Below, piece by piece: positions 1 to 9,128 of a DNA stretch of 64,000 nucleotides. The translations under genes were made by a program, and so were the position numbers. Below the pieces are notes generated by a model that was given only the letters and a program-made list of their open reading frames with translations, ran no database searches and had not been told where the DNA came from. This stretch comes from a virus, in the IMG/VR virus record IMGVR_UViG_3300013233_000773. The stretch is one strand, 5' to 3'. How positions within the stretch are numbered: the stretch's first letter is position 1; every line of letters starts with the position of its first letter.

Positions 1-342
1 GGACAGGACACCCAGGAGACGCGCAAAGTTGAACCCGGCACGCTCTAGCTCGTCATGCCATGCCTGGGTCTCGGAGAAGGTACAGTCCTGCTGGTCCGCA
101 AACGATTCCACCACCGTCCTTAGGCACTGCAAGGCATGGTCATCCTTCAGGGCGGGATCGCTCAGAGCTAGGAGTAGTGCTCCCATGAACTTCCTGGCTG
201 GTGTCTTCATCTCCTTGCGGCGACGATAGGCGCGCCCCCAGTGATTGCCAGCCTCCTGTATAGCATCTTCCCTACATTCACAATGGAGTGCAACGTCAAG
301 CTGTTCCGCCATTTTCCGCAGGTGACCGGCCATGGTATCCAC
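1..342 (-). CDS. hypothetical protein, partial (runs off window start)
   Basis: Open minus frame from GTG at ~342 (GGAGGA upstream) to the window edge; not in the ORF track because it has no stop. Confidence 0.45.
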   Translation of the reverse strand, partial: MDTMAGHLRKMAEQLDVALHCECREDAIQEAGNHWGRAYRRRKEMKTPARKFMGALLLALSDPALKDDHALQCLRTVVESFADQQDCTFSETQAWHDELERAGFNFARLLGVLS

Positions 343-529
343 GTTGTCTCCTCCCGTCCCAGCTGCAGGATCTGGGCCCCCTACACCCCTGCCGGCGTCG
401 CCAGAGCATTCTGCGCACTTCCTTTGTACGACGCGCCTCCGCAAATGCGCTCTCTAGAAGCTTTCGTTCCAGATCAACGAGTTCAGCGTTCATGTGCTTC
501 TCCTGTCGTCCATGTTCCGTCGCCTTCAT
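296..529 (-). CDS. small hypothetical protein
   Basis: ORF in a tightly packed minus-strand run. Confidence 0.35.
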   Translation of the reverse strand: MKATEHGRQEKHMNAELVDLERKLLESAFAEARRTKEVRRMLWRRRQGCRGPRSCSWDGRRQRGYHGRSPAENGGTA

Positions 530-719
530 AATCAGCCAACAAGCCTGGGTCGACCGGTATGCGCCCCTTAGCCTGTGGTCTCCGGATCCGCTTCAACTTC
601 CTGGAGCTGCTCTGCGCAATCCCTATGATCATCTCCAGGGCCAGCACGAGATCGTCCCTGTGTTCCCTGGGCAGCTTGTGCAGGAGCCGCAGGGCGTGGC
701 GGTCATGACCTTCTTTCAT
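483..719 (-). CDS. small hypothetical protein
   Basis: ORF preceded by GAGG; co-oriented with neighbours. Confidence 0.5.
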   Translation of the reverse strand: MKEGHDRHALRLLHKLPREHRDDLVLALEMIIGIAQSSSRKLKRIRRPQAKGRIPVDPGLLADYEGDGTWTTGEAHER

Positions 720-788
720 AGCGAAACCTCTCTTGGATCGGATGATTACATTGGAGCCGTATCCAGAGAATGCCCGCCGTAAATGGTA

Positions 789-1271
789 TCAGTCGCCGAC
801 CTCCATAACCTCCTCGGCACCCTCCACCGCGATATGGAACAGCTCGTTTGTCACCGTCGGAGGCCATGGCAGCTCGGCCACGATCTCCTCGTAGAACAGC
901 AACGAAAACCTGGCCTGCCTATCTCCGAACGACTCCACAAGCGGCATAAGCGTGAGCCTGGTCGGAAGGTTAATGCCTGCCCGGACCGCAGCAGACCGCA
1001 CACAGGACCTTATAGCTTCGTCCGTGAACCCGATGTGGTGTCTGTTCGCGACGGCATTCATCCTGTCCAGGACCTTCGCGAACCACATGGGTGTGGCCAG
1101 GAAGGATCCTGCCTCGCATCCCGCCTTGTCATAGCACTCGTCGCAGAACGGCCCCTCGCCGTCCACGAACAATGAATCGTCCCTGCGTCCGATCCTTCCG
1201 GTCGGGCTTCCACAGCGACAGCAGACCTCGACGTTGGCGCGTCCAATCCTCTTCATCCCATGATCCTCCAT
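789..1271 (-). CDS. hypothetical protein with CxxC/CxxC zinc-binding motif
   Basis: CCRCGS...CDECY; start at 1271 overlaps the upstream stop (TGATG). Confidence 0.6.
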   Translation of the reverse strand: MEDHGMKRIGRANVEVCCRCGSPTGRIGRRDDSLFVDGEGPFCDECYDKAGCEAGSFLATPMWFAKVLDRMNAVANRHHIGFTDEAIRSCVRSAAVRAGINLPTRLTLMPLVESFGDRQARFSLLFYEEIVAELPWPPTVTNELFHIAVEGAEEVMEVGD

Positions 1272-2062
1272 CAGAAGGCCCTCACCACCTGCGGGCGCGG
1301 AACGTTCCTGGACCACACCAGCTTGGTCGCGCGCCTGATCTCGGTGGCACCTCCCTTCCTGGACCACAGGACGACGTAGGAGCCATTGTCCAGGGCGTTC
1401 CTTACGGCCCCGTCCGACACGCCCAGCCTGCCCGCTATCTGATACTGGGACAAACCATCCTTCACTAGCGGCAGAACCTGCTCGGCAGTCACCCTAGGTC
1501 TTCGCTTCCGCGTCCTTACTCCCTTCTTCTCCAGGACGGTCCTCCTGATCCGGCCATGCAGCAGCTGCCGGTCCCTCACGACGTGTCCATCCGGCGGCCT
1601 GACCTTCTCGTCGACCGTCCAGACGACCTGTCTGAAGGCCTTTGGGTCGATGGACCATATCGAGCAGACCCTAGTAACGTCGAGGTTTCTGATACAGTCC
1701 TCTGCGCAGGTTATCTCGTCGGCGCGGATGAATCTCCAGTTCGGAACGACGTTCCTTGCATAGAGGTACTTGTCCTCATGGGTCTGCAGGTGGAGCGGCT
1801 GGACCTCGACGTGCTCCACGGCTCCGACCGCGTACTCGCGCTCGCCGTCGAACTCGATGCTGTCGTCAAGTATCACCCGGAACTCGCATAGATATCTGCG
1901 TGTCCTCCCCGTGAACCCGTCCTGGTAGTTCGTCCACATGGCGCGGTGTTCCCACCGCTTTACGGAGGGCTTGCTGTCCAGGTAGAGGGCATATCCTAGC
2001 TTCAATAAGGACCGGAACCTGACCAGCCTTGGGTGCTTCACGGGCCTGTAGGTCAGAATCAT
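1271..2062 (-). CDS. TnsA/T4 gp4-like endonuclease-fold protein (degenerate catalytic motifs) with C-terminal HTH
   Basis: FRSLLK...LDSKPSVKRW...GRTRRYLCEF...HVEVQP resembles gp4/TnsA_N; HTH GLSQYQIAGRLGVSDGAVRNAL. Confidence 0.55.
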   Translation of the reverse strand: MILTYRPVKHPRLVRFRSLLKLGYALYLDSKPSVKRWEHRAMWTNYQDGFTGRTRRYLCEFRVILDDSIEFDGEREYAVGAVEHVEVQPLHLQTHEDKYLYARNVVPNWRFIRADEITCAEDCIRNLDVTRVCSIWSIDPKAFRQVVWTVDEKVRPPDGHVVRDRQLLHGRIRRTVLEKKGVRTRKRRPRVTAEQVLPLVKDGLSQYQIAGRLGVSDGAVRNALDNGSYVVLWSRKGGATEIRRATKLVWSRNVPRPQVVRAF

Positions 2063-2078
2063 GGTCTGGTCCGCCGGT

Positions 2079-2783
2079 CTAGTGAGAGAGGTAGAACTCC
2101 TTGCCCTTTGCGCCTATGTACATGCTGCCTGTGCGGTTCTGGATCGACCATGTGCCAGACGTCTGCACCTGTTCCTTGCCGATGATCTCGCGCAGCTTGT
2201 CCCTGGAGCTCAACAGCTTACCGCCCAGCTGGCACTCGGACGCGGGCACGAACTCGCCGTCGCAGCTGACCGGATGGTTCGGGGAACAGGGCAGGAAGTC
2301 ATACTCAGTCTGCAGGACAGTTACAGGCTGACTGCGGTCGTTCCACCTCATTCTTGGCCTGGTGGGACGGAAGGGCGTGACTATCTTCTTGCTGGACCCA
2401 TAGAGGTCCTCTGCAGTGACTGGCCCGTCCACGGACAGTATCTGCGTCCCACCGGGATAGCAGAACAGGAACGACTCGGCGCCGAAGATGTCACCGATCC
2501 TCGTCGTGGCCGGATCCCACTTTACGTCCTTGACCCAATAGGCGTCCGCCGGAAGGGGATAGGTGCTGACCAGTGGTTGCGTGTTGAAGAAGGCGTAGCG
2601 CTCCTCGAGCGGGAAATATTGCGCCACGAAGTCGCCAGTGGTCCTAATCGCCTGCTCAAGCTGGGCTTCGGTCAACTCGACTCTGACAACCGGGTGGCCA
2701 AGCATAGATAGGACTTCAAACTTCATTGGGTCGCTTCGCAGCTTGAGGACCACCGGCAGTTGTTCTGGCCCAATGATAGCCAT
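2079..2783 (-). CDS. neck protein gp13-like N-terminal domain fused to a C-terminal Hint domain
   Basis: LGHPVVRVELTEAQLEQAI resembles the T4 gp13 N-terminus; from residue 108 CYPGGTQILSVDG...CSPNHP...YLSH-stop. Confidence 0.75.
   Translation of the reverse strand: MAIIGPEQLPVVLKLRSDPMKFEVLSMLGHPVVRVELTEAQLEQAIRTTGDFVAQYFPLEERYAFFNTQPLVSTYPLPADAYWVKDVKWDPATTRIGDIFGAESFLFCYPGGTQILSVDGPVTAEDLYGSSKKIVTPFRPTRPRMRWNDRSQPVTVLQTEYDFLPCSPNHPVSCDGEFVPASECQLGGKLLSSRDKLREIIGKEQVQTSGTWSIQNRTGSMYIGAKGKEFYLSH
2082..2462 (-). other. Hint (intein-like) domain, 127 aa, no endonuclease, no terminal Asn
   Basis: Block A Cys1, block B SxxH, F/G-like end GTWSIQ...YLSH followed directly by TAG. Confidence 0.75.
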
Positions 2784-2799
2784 AGCTATCCTCCAGACC

Positions 2800-2807
2800 T
2801 ATCTTTG
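2800..2807 (-). promoter_or_regulatory. CAAAGATA putative late promoter element
   Basis: 16 nt upstream of the neck gene ATG; same 8-mer recurs upstream of other genes. Confidence 0.6.
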
Positions 2808-2833
2808 CAGACGAAACCTGCGGGGAAGAAGAG

Positions 2834-4378
2834 ATGACGAAGCTCGACGATCCAGAATGGTTGCACGACGCCTACGTCGCCAAGGGTATGAGCACCACTG
2901 AGATAGCCAAGCTAGTAAACAGGTCGGCTAGACTGGTCAGCATGAAGCTGAAGAAGCACGGCATACCGGCAAGGACAGCCTCCCAGGCCGCGCTCAAGAA
3001 GTCCAAGGAGATCTCAGAGCGCACCAGGAATAGATGGCGCGAAGAAGAATACAGGAAGAAGGTCACCGAATCGGTGCGCGACGCCTACCGAAACGACGAA
3101 CTAAGGACCAGGTGCAGGACGGCCTCCACGGAACACTGGCAAAGCGAGGACTCCAGAATCAAGGCTTCTACCGCCTCCAGGAAGGCCTGGAAGGAATCAG
3201 GGAAGGACAGGCGCGAGACGGCATCGAGGAACGCCAGAAAGAACGCCCCCTCCGCAGAGGAGACCAGGGCAAGATGGCAGGATGGCGCGTATAGGAGAAA
3301 GGTCAGCGAGGGTGTCCGGAAGGTATGCGAGGACTCCGCGTGGAGAGAAGAAGCGTCCGCAAGAAGCACCAGGCTGTGGGCCGATGAAGCATACCGCAGC
3401 AAGGTCTCGAAGTCTCTCGAGAAGGCAAGAAGGAAGCCTGAATATGCCCATAGACTGGCCCTCGGCAGATTGAGGCAGGAGCGTACTTCCTATGAGGAGA
3501 GAGTCCTGTCCGCCATCCTGAAGGAGGCCGGAATAGGATCTAGAAAGGTCGTCATTGGACCGCATGAGTTCGACCTACAGGTGGACGTCGATCCCCCGTT
3601 GCTGATCGAGGTGCAGGGAGAGTACTGGCACCCTCCTGGCAGGCCGCACGATGCTGCAAAGAGGACCTACTTTCAGAGATACCTCTCTGACAGATATCGC
3701 CTGATGTACGTGCACGACTACGAGTTCATGGCCGAGGGGCTCATTGTGCAGAGACTCAGGGAGGCCGGGATCGACCTGACCGTGCGCAGGATCTCCGCCA
3801 GACAGCTCTCCTTCAGGACCGTCGAAGCGGAACTGTACCGTGACTTCTATGCCAGATATCACTACATCGGCAACAGGGGCCGATGGGGATTTTCGGTCGG
3901 AGGCTTCATGGACGATAGGCTCGTCTGCTGCGTGACCTATGCCGGCTGCACAAGGAAGGAGGCCGCTACCAGGCTGGGTGCCAGGCCCTCGGAGGTGCGT
4001 GAACTCGTCCGGCTGTGCCGTCATCCCTTATATCGCTGCCGGAACATGCTGAGCAGGCTCATTGCGGAGTCGATCAGGATGGTCCGTGCCGAACGTCCTG
4101 GCCTGAAGTGGCTCATATCGTACGCGGACGGCGATAGGGGCCATTCTGGGACAGTCTATCGCGCCTCCGGCTGGCAGAAGGACGGTACGGTCAGAAGCAG
4201 CTACTGCTACATGAAGGATGGCTGTTCCGTACACAAGAAGACGATGTGGGACCGCGCAAGGCGCATGGGGACGTCAGAGAGCGAATATTCCGTGGCGCAT
4301 GGCTTCAGGAAGGTCCTATGTGGGTCGAAGACGAGATATGTGCTGGACCTTTCTACTAGGAGGCAGCCTGCTTCTTGA
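2834..4378 (+). CDS. Hef-like homing endonuclease (HTH + basic helical repeats + DUF559/Vsr-type nuclease) fused to Mom-like GNAT domain
   Basis: FDLQVD...LIEVQGEYWH...DAAK nuclease motifs; YHYIG...ELVRLC...ISYADGDRGHSGTVYRASGW Mom-like motifs; opposite strand to neighbours. Confidence 0.75.
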   Translation: MTKLDDPEWLHDAYVAKGMSTTEIAKLVNRSARLVSMKLKKHGIPARTASQAALKKSKEISERTRNRWREEEYRKKVTESVRDAYRNDELRTRCRTASTEHWQSEDSRIKASTASRKAWKESGKDRRETASRNARKNAPSAEETRARWQDGAYRRKVSEGVRKVCEDSAWREEASARSTRLWADEAYRSKVSKSLEKARRKPEYAHRLALGRLRQERTSYEERVLSAILKEAGIGSRKVVIGPHEFDLQVDVDPPLLIEVQGEYWHPPGRPHDAAKRTYFQRYLSDRYRLMYVHDYEFMAEGLIVQRLREAGIDLTVRRISARQLSFRTVEAELYRDFYARYHYIGNRGRWGFSVGGFMDDRLVCCVTYAGCTRKEAATRLGARPSEVRELVRLCRHPLYRCRNMLSRLIAESIRMVRAERPGLKWLISYADGDRGHSGTVYRASGWQKDGTVRSSYCYMKDGCSVHKKTMWDRARRMGTSESEYSVAHGFRKVLCGSKTRYVLDLSTRRQPAS

Positions 4379-4949
4379 TGACTGCTATGCCGAGGTTCTG
4401 CCTATTCACGTAGATGAGTTCTGCGTCCTGTCTACTGTCCGAGAAGTCGTGGACGCACTGTTCGAGATATGGATGTACGTGGTGTGCAACGTCGTGAATG
4501 AGCATAAGGCCTCCTATCTTCAGTAGCCTTATGCTGTCGACCATGTCCATCATGCAGCCGTCATAGCTATGGTCTCCGTCAATGTGCACCATGTCCAGGT
4601 TGAGCCCGTCTGGAAGTTTCTTGATCAGGTCGTGCGATGATCCGTCCAGGTAATATACTTCATGCTTTACTCCGTATTGCTCCTCTTTTTCATGTATGAG
4701 CTTCAGGATGTGTTCGTGGCTTCCCCTACCTGTTCCGCCGTATTCTTTTCCCCAGGTATCACAGAGATATAGTTGCAGTGGCCTGCTCTTGAGGGCATGT
4801 CGCAGGGACTTCCCTTCCTGTACTCCTATCTCGAGGAAGGAGGTCACTTCATTGTTGTCGGTAAGCCATGCTATCATGGCGTGGCACGATACTTTCGGAC
4901 CTGTCTTCCAGAACTCTTCAAATGATTTGTCGTCAAAGTGCATCGTCAA
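4356..4949 (-). CDS. class I SAM-dependent methyltransferase (Methyltransf_24-like)
   Basis: FLEIGVQEGKS, DMVHIDGDHSYDG, GGLMLIHD. Confidence 0.85.
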   Translation of the reverse strand: MTMHFDDKSFEEFWKTGPKVSCHAMIAWLTDNNEVTSFLEIGVQEGKSLRHALKSRPLQLYLCDTWGKEYGGTGRGSHEHILKLIHEKEEQYGVKHEVYYLDGSSHDLIKKLPDGLNLDMVHIDGDHSYDGCMMDMVDSIRLLKIGGLMLIHDVAHHVHPYLEQCVHDFSDSRQDAELIYVNRQNLGIAVIKKQAAS

Positions 4950-5527
4950 TCTCCGAATCCGTACCTTAGCCTGTCAAGGTCTTCACCATAGATACGCTGG
5001 ACAAGCACTTTCTCGTCCGGTCCATACATTTCCGCATAATGGCAGGTCCTCTTCACGTTCAGACGCGGCAGCTCCCTTGGCGCAAGTCCGAGCTTTCTTC
5101 GAAGCCTCCCATAGTCCTGTTCTATGGTCTCGTAATGTAGAACGTCGTTTACGACTAGCTCGTCGGACTCATCGACTATCTGTGACCATTGTGGGATGCA
5201 GTGCCATGCTTGAAAGGCGTCATCGAACTTCCTGTCCGCGACCATCCTTAGGAACTCGTGAAAGCCAAGTCCGCGCCCAACCTCGTGCCAGCTCGAGACT
5301 GCCCGGTCGTATGGGTTCCGGACTATGGTGAACGAGTGACGACGGCTCCATGCTTCGGTCCCGAAGCACTCGCGCATGTATGCTCCACGGCCCTTATCTT
5401 GGTAGGCCGGAAGCAGGTTCTCTATGTCTCCATCTGGACCCATATATAGCGTGATTTCTTCTTCAAGGGAGCGTCTAACGCTGGTATGCGCAGTCTTTGG
5501 TAGTGCCACAAATATTGCCTGTGTCAT
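4946..5527 (-). CDS. sulfotransferase (Sulfotransfer_2-like)
   Basis: FVALPKTAHTSV and FTIVRNPYDRAVSSW PAPS-binding motifs. Confidence 0.8.
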   Translation of the reverse strand: MTQAIFVALPKTAHTSVRRSLEEEITLYMGPDGDIENLLPAYQDKGRGAYMRECFGTEAWSRRHSFTIVRNPYDRAVSSWHEVGRGLGFHEFLRMVADRKFDDAFQAWHCIPQWSQIVDESDELVVNDVLHYETIEQDYGRLRRKLGLAPRELPRLNVKRTCHYAEMYGPDEKVLVQRIYGEDLDRLRYGFGD

Positions 5528-5535
5528 TGCCGTAC

Positions 5536-6036
5536 CTATATCGGGAAGTGGTATCCGTTTCGGCCATAGATGACGTTAGCCAGCTGTATCCTGTCGACAG
5601 TAACTCCAGTGGCCGTCTCTATGTCGTCCTTCATGCTCTTGACCAGGGTGTCAAGTTCCGGATCAAGGACGGTGTTGGAAGCGTTTGCCGCTCCAACCCC
5701 GGTCTTGAACTCTCCAGCGTTCACTACGGTCCTGGTTCCGACCGGCGATCCGGTGAAGGACATCTGGACACAGGCGTTTCCGTGGAAGGAGAACCTGGCA
5801 CCCTTGTTCCCGAACTGTCTGGTATAGGCGACTGGATCGGTCACGTCGAAATCAACTCCAGTCCCACATAGAGACTGGAGCGCGCTAGATATGCGGTCGG
5901 CTTCCTTTTCGAGGTCGCGTATGGTCTCAAACCGCCGTCCACGGATGGGCCTGGCACGTAATTGTGCGCTGTACGGCACGAAGCGGTCTAGCGAGGTATG
6001 AGGCGGGGACCCCGGAGCCTCTGATAGTCTCTGCAT
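5536..6036 (-). CDS. hypothetical protein (possibly virion)
   Basis: Clean ORF in the structural region. Confidence 0.65.
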   Translation of the reverse strand: MQRLSEAPGSPPHTSLDRFVPYSAQLRARPIRGRRFETIRDLEKEADRISSALQSLCGTGVDFDVTDPVAYTRQFGNKGARFSFHGNACVQMSFTGSPVGTRTVVNAGEFKTGVGAANASNTVLDPELDTLVKSMKDDIETATGVTVDRIQLANVIYGRNGYHFPI

Positions 6037-6068
6037 GTCCGGCCCCTAGTTGCGTTGGCCATGGATGT

Positions 6069-6102
6069 CCGGCCTGCGGGCAAGCATTTGCCCGCAGGCC
6101 GG
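6069..6102. terminator. perfect 15-bp stem-loop (terminator-like or RNA processing site)
   Basis: CCGGCCTGCGGGCAA-gcat-TTGCCCGCAGGCCGG, intergenic, no U-tract. Confidence 0.5.
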
Positions 6103-6115
6103 CATTAGGCAGCTT

Positions 6116-6505
6116 CTAGGCGACGAACGCGTCGGACGGGCAGGCAGCCTGCAGCTCGCCGTAGAGGTCGTCGGCCTTGCTCGCCAGCGTCTTCTGGATC
6201 TGCACTTCGCGCGGATTGCCGGGCAGGCGAACCGGGAAGTCCAGGCCGGAAACGCTGCCGTAGACCGTTCCGACGTCGCAGACGGCGCGCTTGGTCACGA
6301 CCACGGGATGTCCGAACCTGAAGGCGTCCGTGACGAAGGACGTGTCACGAACCTCCACCACCAGGACTTCCTCACCAGGCACGGCGACGATCTCTTCGTC
6401 GAAGGGAGTCGTCAGGTGCTTGATGGAGGTATGTCGGCGGTTGTCCCGCACGACACGCACCCTGCGCAGAACGGAAATGTCGGTATTGGCCGGTTGAGCA
6501 GCCAT
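6116..6505 (-). CDS. hypothetical protein (possibly virion)
   Basis: ATG at 6505 with AGGAGA upstream; CAAAAATA variant motif at 6554-6561. Confidence 0.65.
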   Translation of the reverse strand: MAAQPANTDISVLRRVRVVRDNRRHTSIKHLTTPFDEEIVAVPGEEVLVVEVRDTSFVTDAFRFGHPVVVTKRAVCDVGTVYGSVSGLDFPVRLPGNPREVQIQKTLASKADDLYGELQAACPSDAFVA

Positions 6506-6580
6506 GTCTTTCTCCTTTTCTCGGACCAATCAGGCAATCTCGCCTGCCGACATTATTTTTGACAGGAATGGGCCGCGTTG

Positions 6581-6919
6581 TCAATAGTGGACGTTGGCAT
6601 GCGACCTGAACACGGCAAGCGCCCATGGTGCAAGCCTGGACATGTTAGACAGACATTCCTCGTCTGCACCACACTCCAGGAGCATGTAGCTATAATCGCC
6701 CCGCTCGAACAGGGAACACCGTCTACAGGACATGAAGGACGGCACCGTCTCGTCGCGTATCTCGACGTCGTGCCCGGGGGCAGAGCCATGCTTGACGTCT
6801 ATAGGCATGATGGCAACCGCCACGTTATCGTCGACGAACAGGTCACCACTCCCTCCGATGACGTCAAGGACCGCCATGGTGGTGCCGACCACGACGGTGA
6901 ACTCCACGCTGCAGGACAT
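6581..6919 (-). CDS. hypothetical protein
   Basis: ORF with AGGAGG upstream. Confidence 0.55.
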   Translation of the reverse strand: MSCSVEFTVVVGTTMAVLDVIGGSGDLFVDDNVAVAIMPIDVKHGSAPGHDVEIRDETVPSFMSCRRCSLFERGDYSYMLLECGADEECLSNMSRLAPWALAVFRSHANVHY

Positions 6920-6991
6920 CTCTATCCTCCTGGCCAGCTCTCCACACCGGCCCCGTATCGTCGCGGAGGCATGGACAAGTCAGGACGCTGT

Positions 6992-8698
6992 CTACTTGCC
7001 TATCGGCGGAATCTTAAAGTTACCTGGTTCAAAGAAAAACTTAAGGTCCGTAGAGCCAAGCACTATTATCTCGTTGATACCGATCCCTGCACTGCCGGGC
7101 TCCGCGAGCCTATTCGTCTGTATTATGTCGTCCGCCGGCTCAAAGACGTCCACATACCTTACGCCCGGCAGCTCCTGCAGGGCTCCATAGACGTGCGACA
7201 CGAACAGGCCCGTGCCCATGTCGAAGTTGCGTATGTCGAACAGGCTGTGTATCGCATTCTCGACTGCGACGCGGACTGCCCCCGCGTCAGCGTTCCTGGA
7301 CATGACTATCGTAGCCTTCACGTTCACGGGCTTGACCGCACCGTCAAACACGCGTACCTCGTCCGTCAGCACGTTCAGGGATTCAAAGAAGGTAACGAGG
7401 GCCTTCTTGAGTCCTACGCTCGGAGCGACCGGCACGTTGTCGGGACCGTTCGACAGCGCGAACAGCTCGACTATGTTGCGGTTTATGAACTCGTTCCTGA
7501 TGATCTGCGCTGCTTCCTCGTCGGAGTCAGCAGCCCTGCACCGGCTGGCCACGCCGTCAACGTCCTGGTCAACGCCCGTCCGCACGACTCCCACGGCCTT
7601 GGCCACCGACCCGAACACCGGATGGTTGAACTCCTGAGCCAGCAGGGCATAGTCCTCGCCCGTGACGGCACTGCCCTGCGTGGCGAACTCCCTCGGCGCA
7701 CGCCGCTTAGCCTGTTCAATTGTCTCCTCGTCCAGGCCTCCGGTCGACGGCTCCGGGTTTGTGAACGTGACCTGCACAGCCGCAGTGGACGGCGGTTCGG
7801 GGTTCATCGACCTCGACTCGTTAATGGTCCCGGTGCCTATCCTACCGCGCACACCCCCTCCGGTCCTATATGTGACCGTGATCCTCTGCCCCGCGAGCGG
7901 TGCCCTGCCAGCCCTGTCGTCTCCAAACACTATCCTGGTCTCGACGTCCAGATGCCGAACCTCGAACACCGGATCGTCCGCAGAGGCCTTCCCGATCACG
8001 TCCGCCCTCCTCCATTGCTCGGACGAGGATCCGGAGGACACGACCACGTCTATAGGCTCGTCCAGGACGTTCGGCAGCCCTATCGTCAAAAACTGATCGG
8101 GGCCTCCCTGGGAGACCACCTCGAGGGGAGTCTCGGTGCGCCCCTCTATGGCGAACGCCACGGTGCCGCGCTTGCCAGTGGGGATCACCACCGGAGAAAC
8201 GAAGTCACCGGGTGCGCGGAAGATCTCGAACGTCAATGGCTGAAGGTCTGGGCCGGCGAGCGTGAACGACGTTCCCGCAGGTATCCTGAGTTCCGTCTGT
8301 AGGGGAAGCTCCACAGTGGCTGTCACGTTCACTGTGGCCGGAGTCGCCCGCTGCACCTTCTGCCCGATCAGCTGCAGGTGCTGTATGACGGCCTGCTTGG
8401 TCTGGGCGGTCGGAAGGAAGGCCTCGTCTATAAGGACGTCGCCGCGCTGCGACAGGAGGCCAGCCAAGTAGGAGACCAGCTCCAGCGTCATGATGACGCC
8501 GTTGCTTGCGAAGAAGTCGTTGAAGTCGTCCGGGAAGTAGGTTCTGATGTACTCTATCCCGGCCCGGCGCATCGAGTCGAAGTCGAGCGCGGAGAAGTCC
8601 AGACGGCGCAGCTGCGACGGCGCGAGGGCTACCCCGAGCTCCTCAGGACTGTTCGGCAGGTTGAATATGAACTTACTGGTGTTCTCGGCCACGTCCAC
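6992..8698 (-). CDS. baseplate wedge protein (T4 gp6 / baseplate J-like)
   Basis: LDFSALDFDSM...YFPDDFNDF; FGDDRAGRAP; GGLDEETIEQAKRRAP...AVTGEDY. Confidence 0.9.
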   Translation of the reverse strand: MDVAENTSKFIFNLPNSPEELGVALAPSQLRRLDFSALDFDSMRRAGIEYIRTYFPDDFNDFFASNGVIMTLELVSYLAGLLSQRGDVLIDEAFLPTAQTKQAVIQHLQLIGQKVQRATPATVNVTATVELPLQTELRIPAGTSFTLAGPDLQPLTFEIFRAPGDFVSPVVIPTGKRGTVAFAIEGRTETPLEVVSQGGPDQFLTIGLPNVLDEPIDVVVSSGSSSEQWRRADVIGKASADDPVFEVRHLDVETRIVFGDDRAGRAPLAGQRITVTYRTGGGVRGRIGTGTINESRSMNPEPPSTAAVQVTFTNPEPSTGGLDEETIEQAKRRAPREFATQGSAVTGEDYALLAQEFNHPVFGSVAKAVGVVRTGVDQDVDGVASRCRAADSDEEAAQIIRNEFINRNIVELFALSNGPDNVPVAPSVGLKKALVTFFESLNVLTDEVRVFDGAVKPVNVKATIVMSRNADAGAVRVAVENAIHSLFDIRNFDMGTGLFVSHVYGALQELPGVRYVDVFEPADDIIQTNRLAEPGSAGIGINEIIVLGSTDLKFFFEPGNFKIPPIGK

Positions 8699-8699
8699 C

Positions 8700-9128
8700 T
8701 CACTGTCTATTGCCGGCGGATGCCGTCGGCAGGTTGAGCTCGAGAAGAAGGTCGGTGTTCTCGCCCGCGTTCGGAGCCGAGAAACGGTCCAGCACGAACC
8801 TTCCGAAGAGCTTCACCGTAAGTAGCTCCTCATCCGCCGCGATGAACACGTCAGTGAGCTCCACCCGGCTCTCGAAGCTCTCCACTGCCCGCATGATGTC
8901 CAGACGTAGTTCGCTCAAGGACGTGCTCGCTATCGACTCGAACAGGAACGAGCGAAGCGGAGTTCCGAAGTCCGGACGCATCACTCTCTCGCCAGGAGCG
9001 GTCAACAGAAGCTGTATCATGTCGTTCTTGATCAGCTTCTCGTCCAGCTGTCTGGACATCACCTTCTCGTTACCGCCCGTGAACGGAGCATTGTAGCCGA
9101 AGAACCTGGCCATGCCAATGGTCCTCAC
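8700..9128 (-). CDS. baseplate wedge subunit gp25-like (GPW_gp25)
   Basis: LLLTAPGERVMRPDFGT...FESRV. Confidence 0.9.
   Translation of the reverse strand: MRTIGMARFFGYNAPFTGGNEKVMSRQLDEKLIKNDMIQLLLTAPGERVMRPDFGTPLRSFLFESIASTSLSELRLDIMRAVESFESRVELTDVFIAADEELLTVKLFGRFVLDRFSAPNAGENTDLLLELNLPTASAGNRQ

Noticed and set aside
6578-8302. Long + strand ORFs antisense to real genes (also 16277-17509, 45986-47434, 51263-53089, 53264-54730)
   Set aside because: Shadow frames of GC-rich genes with no motifs and skewed composition
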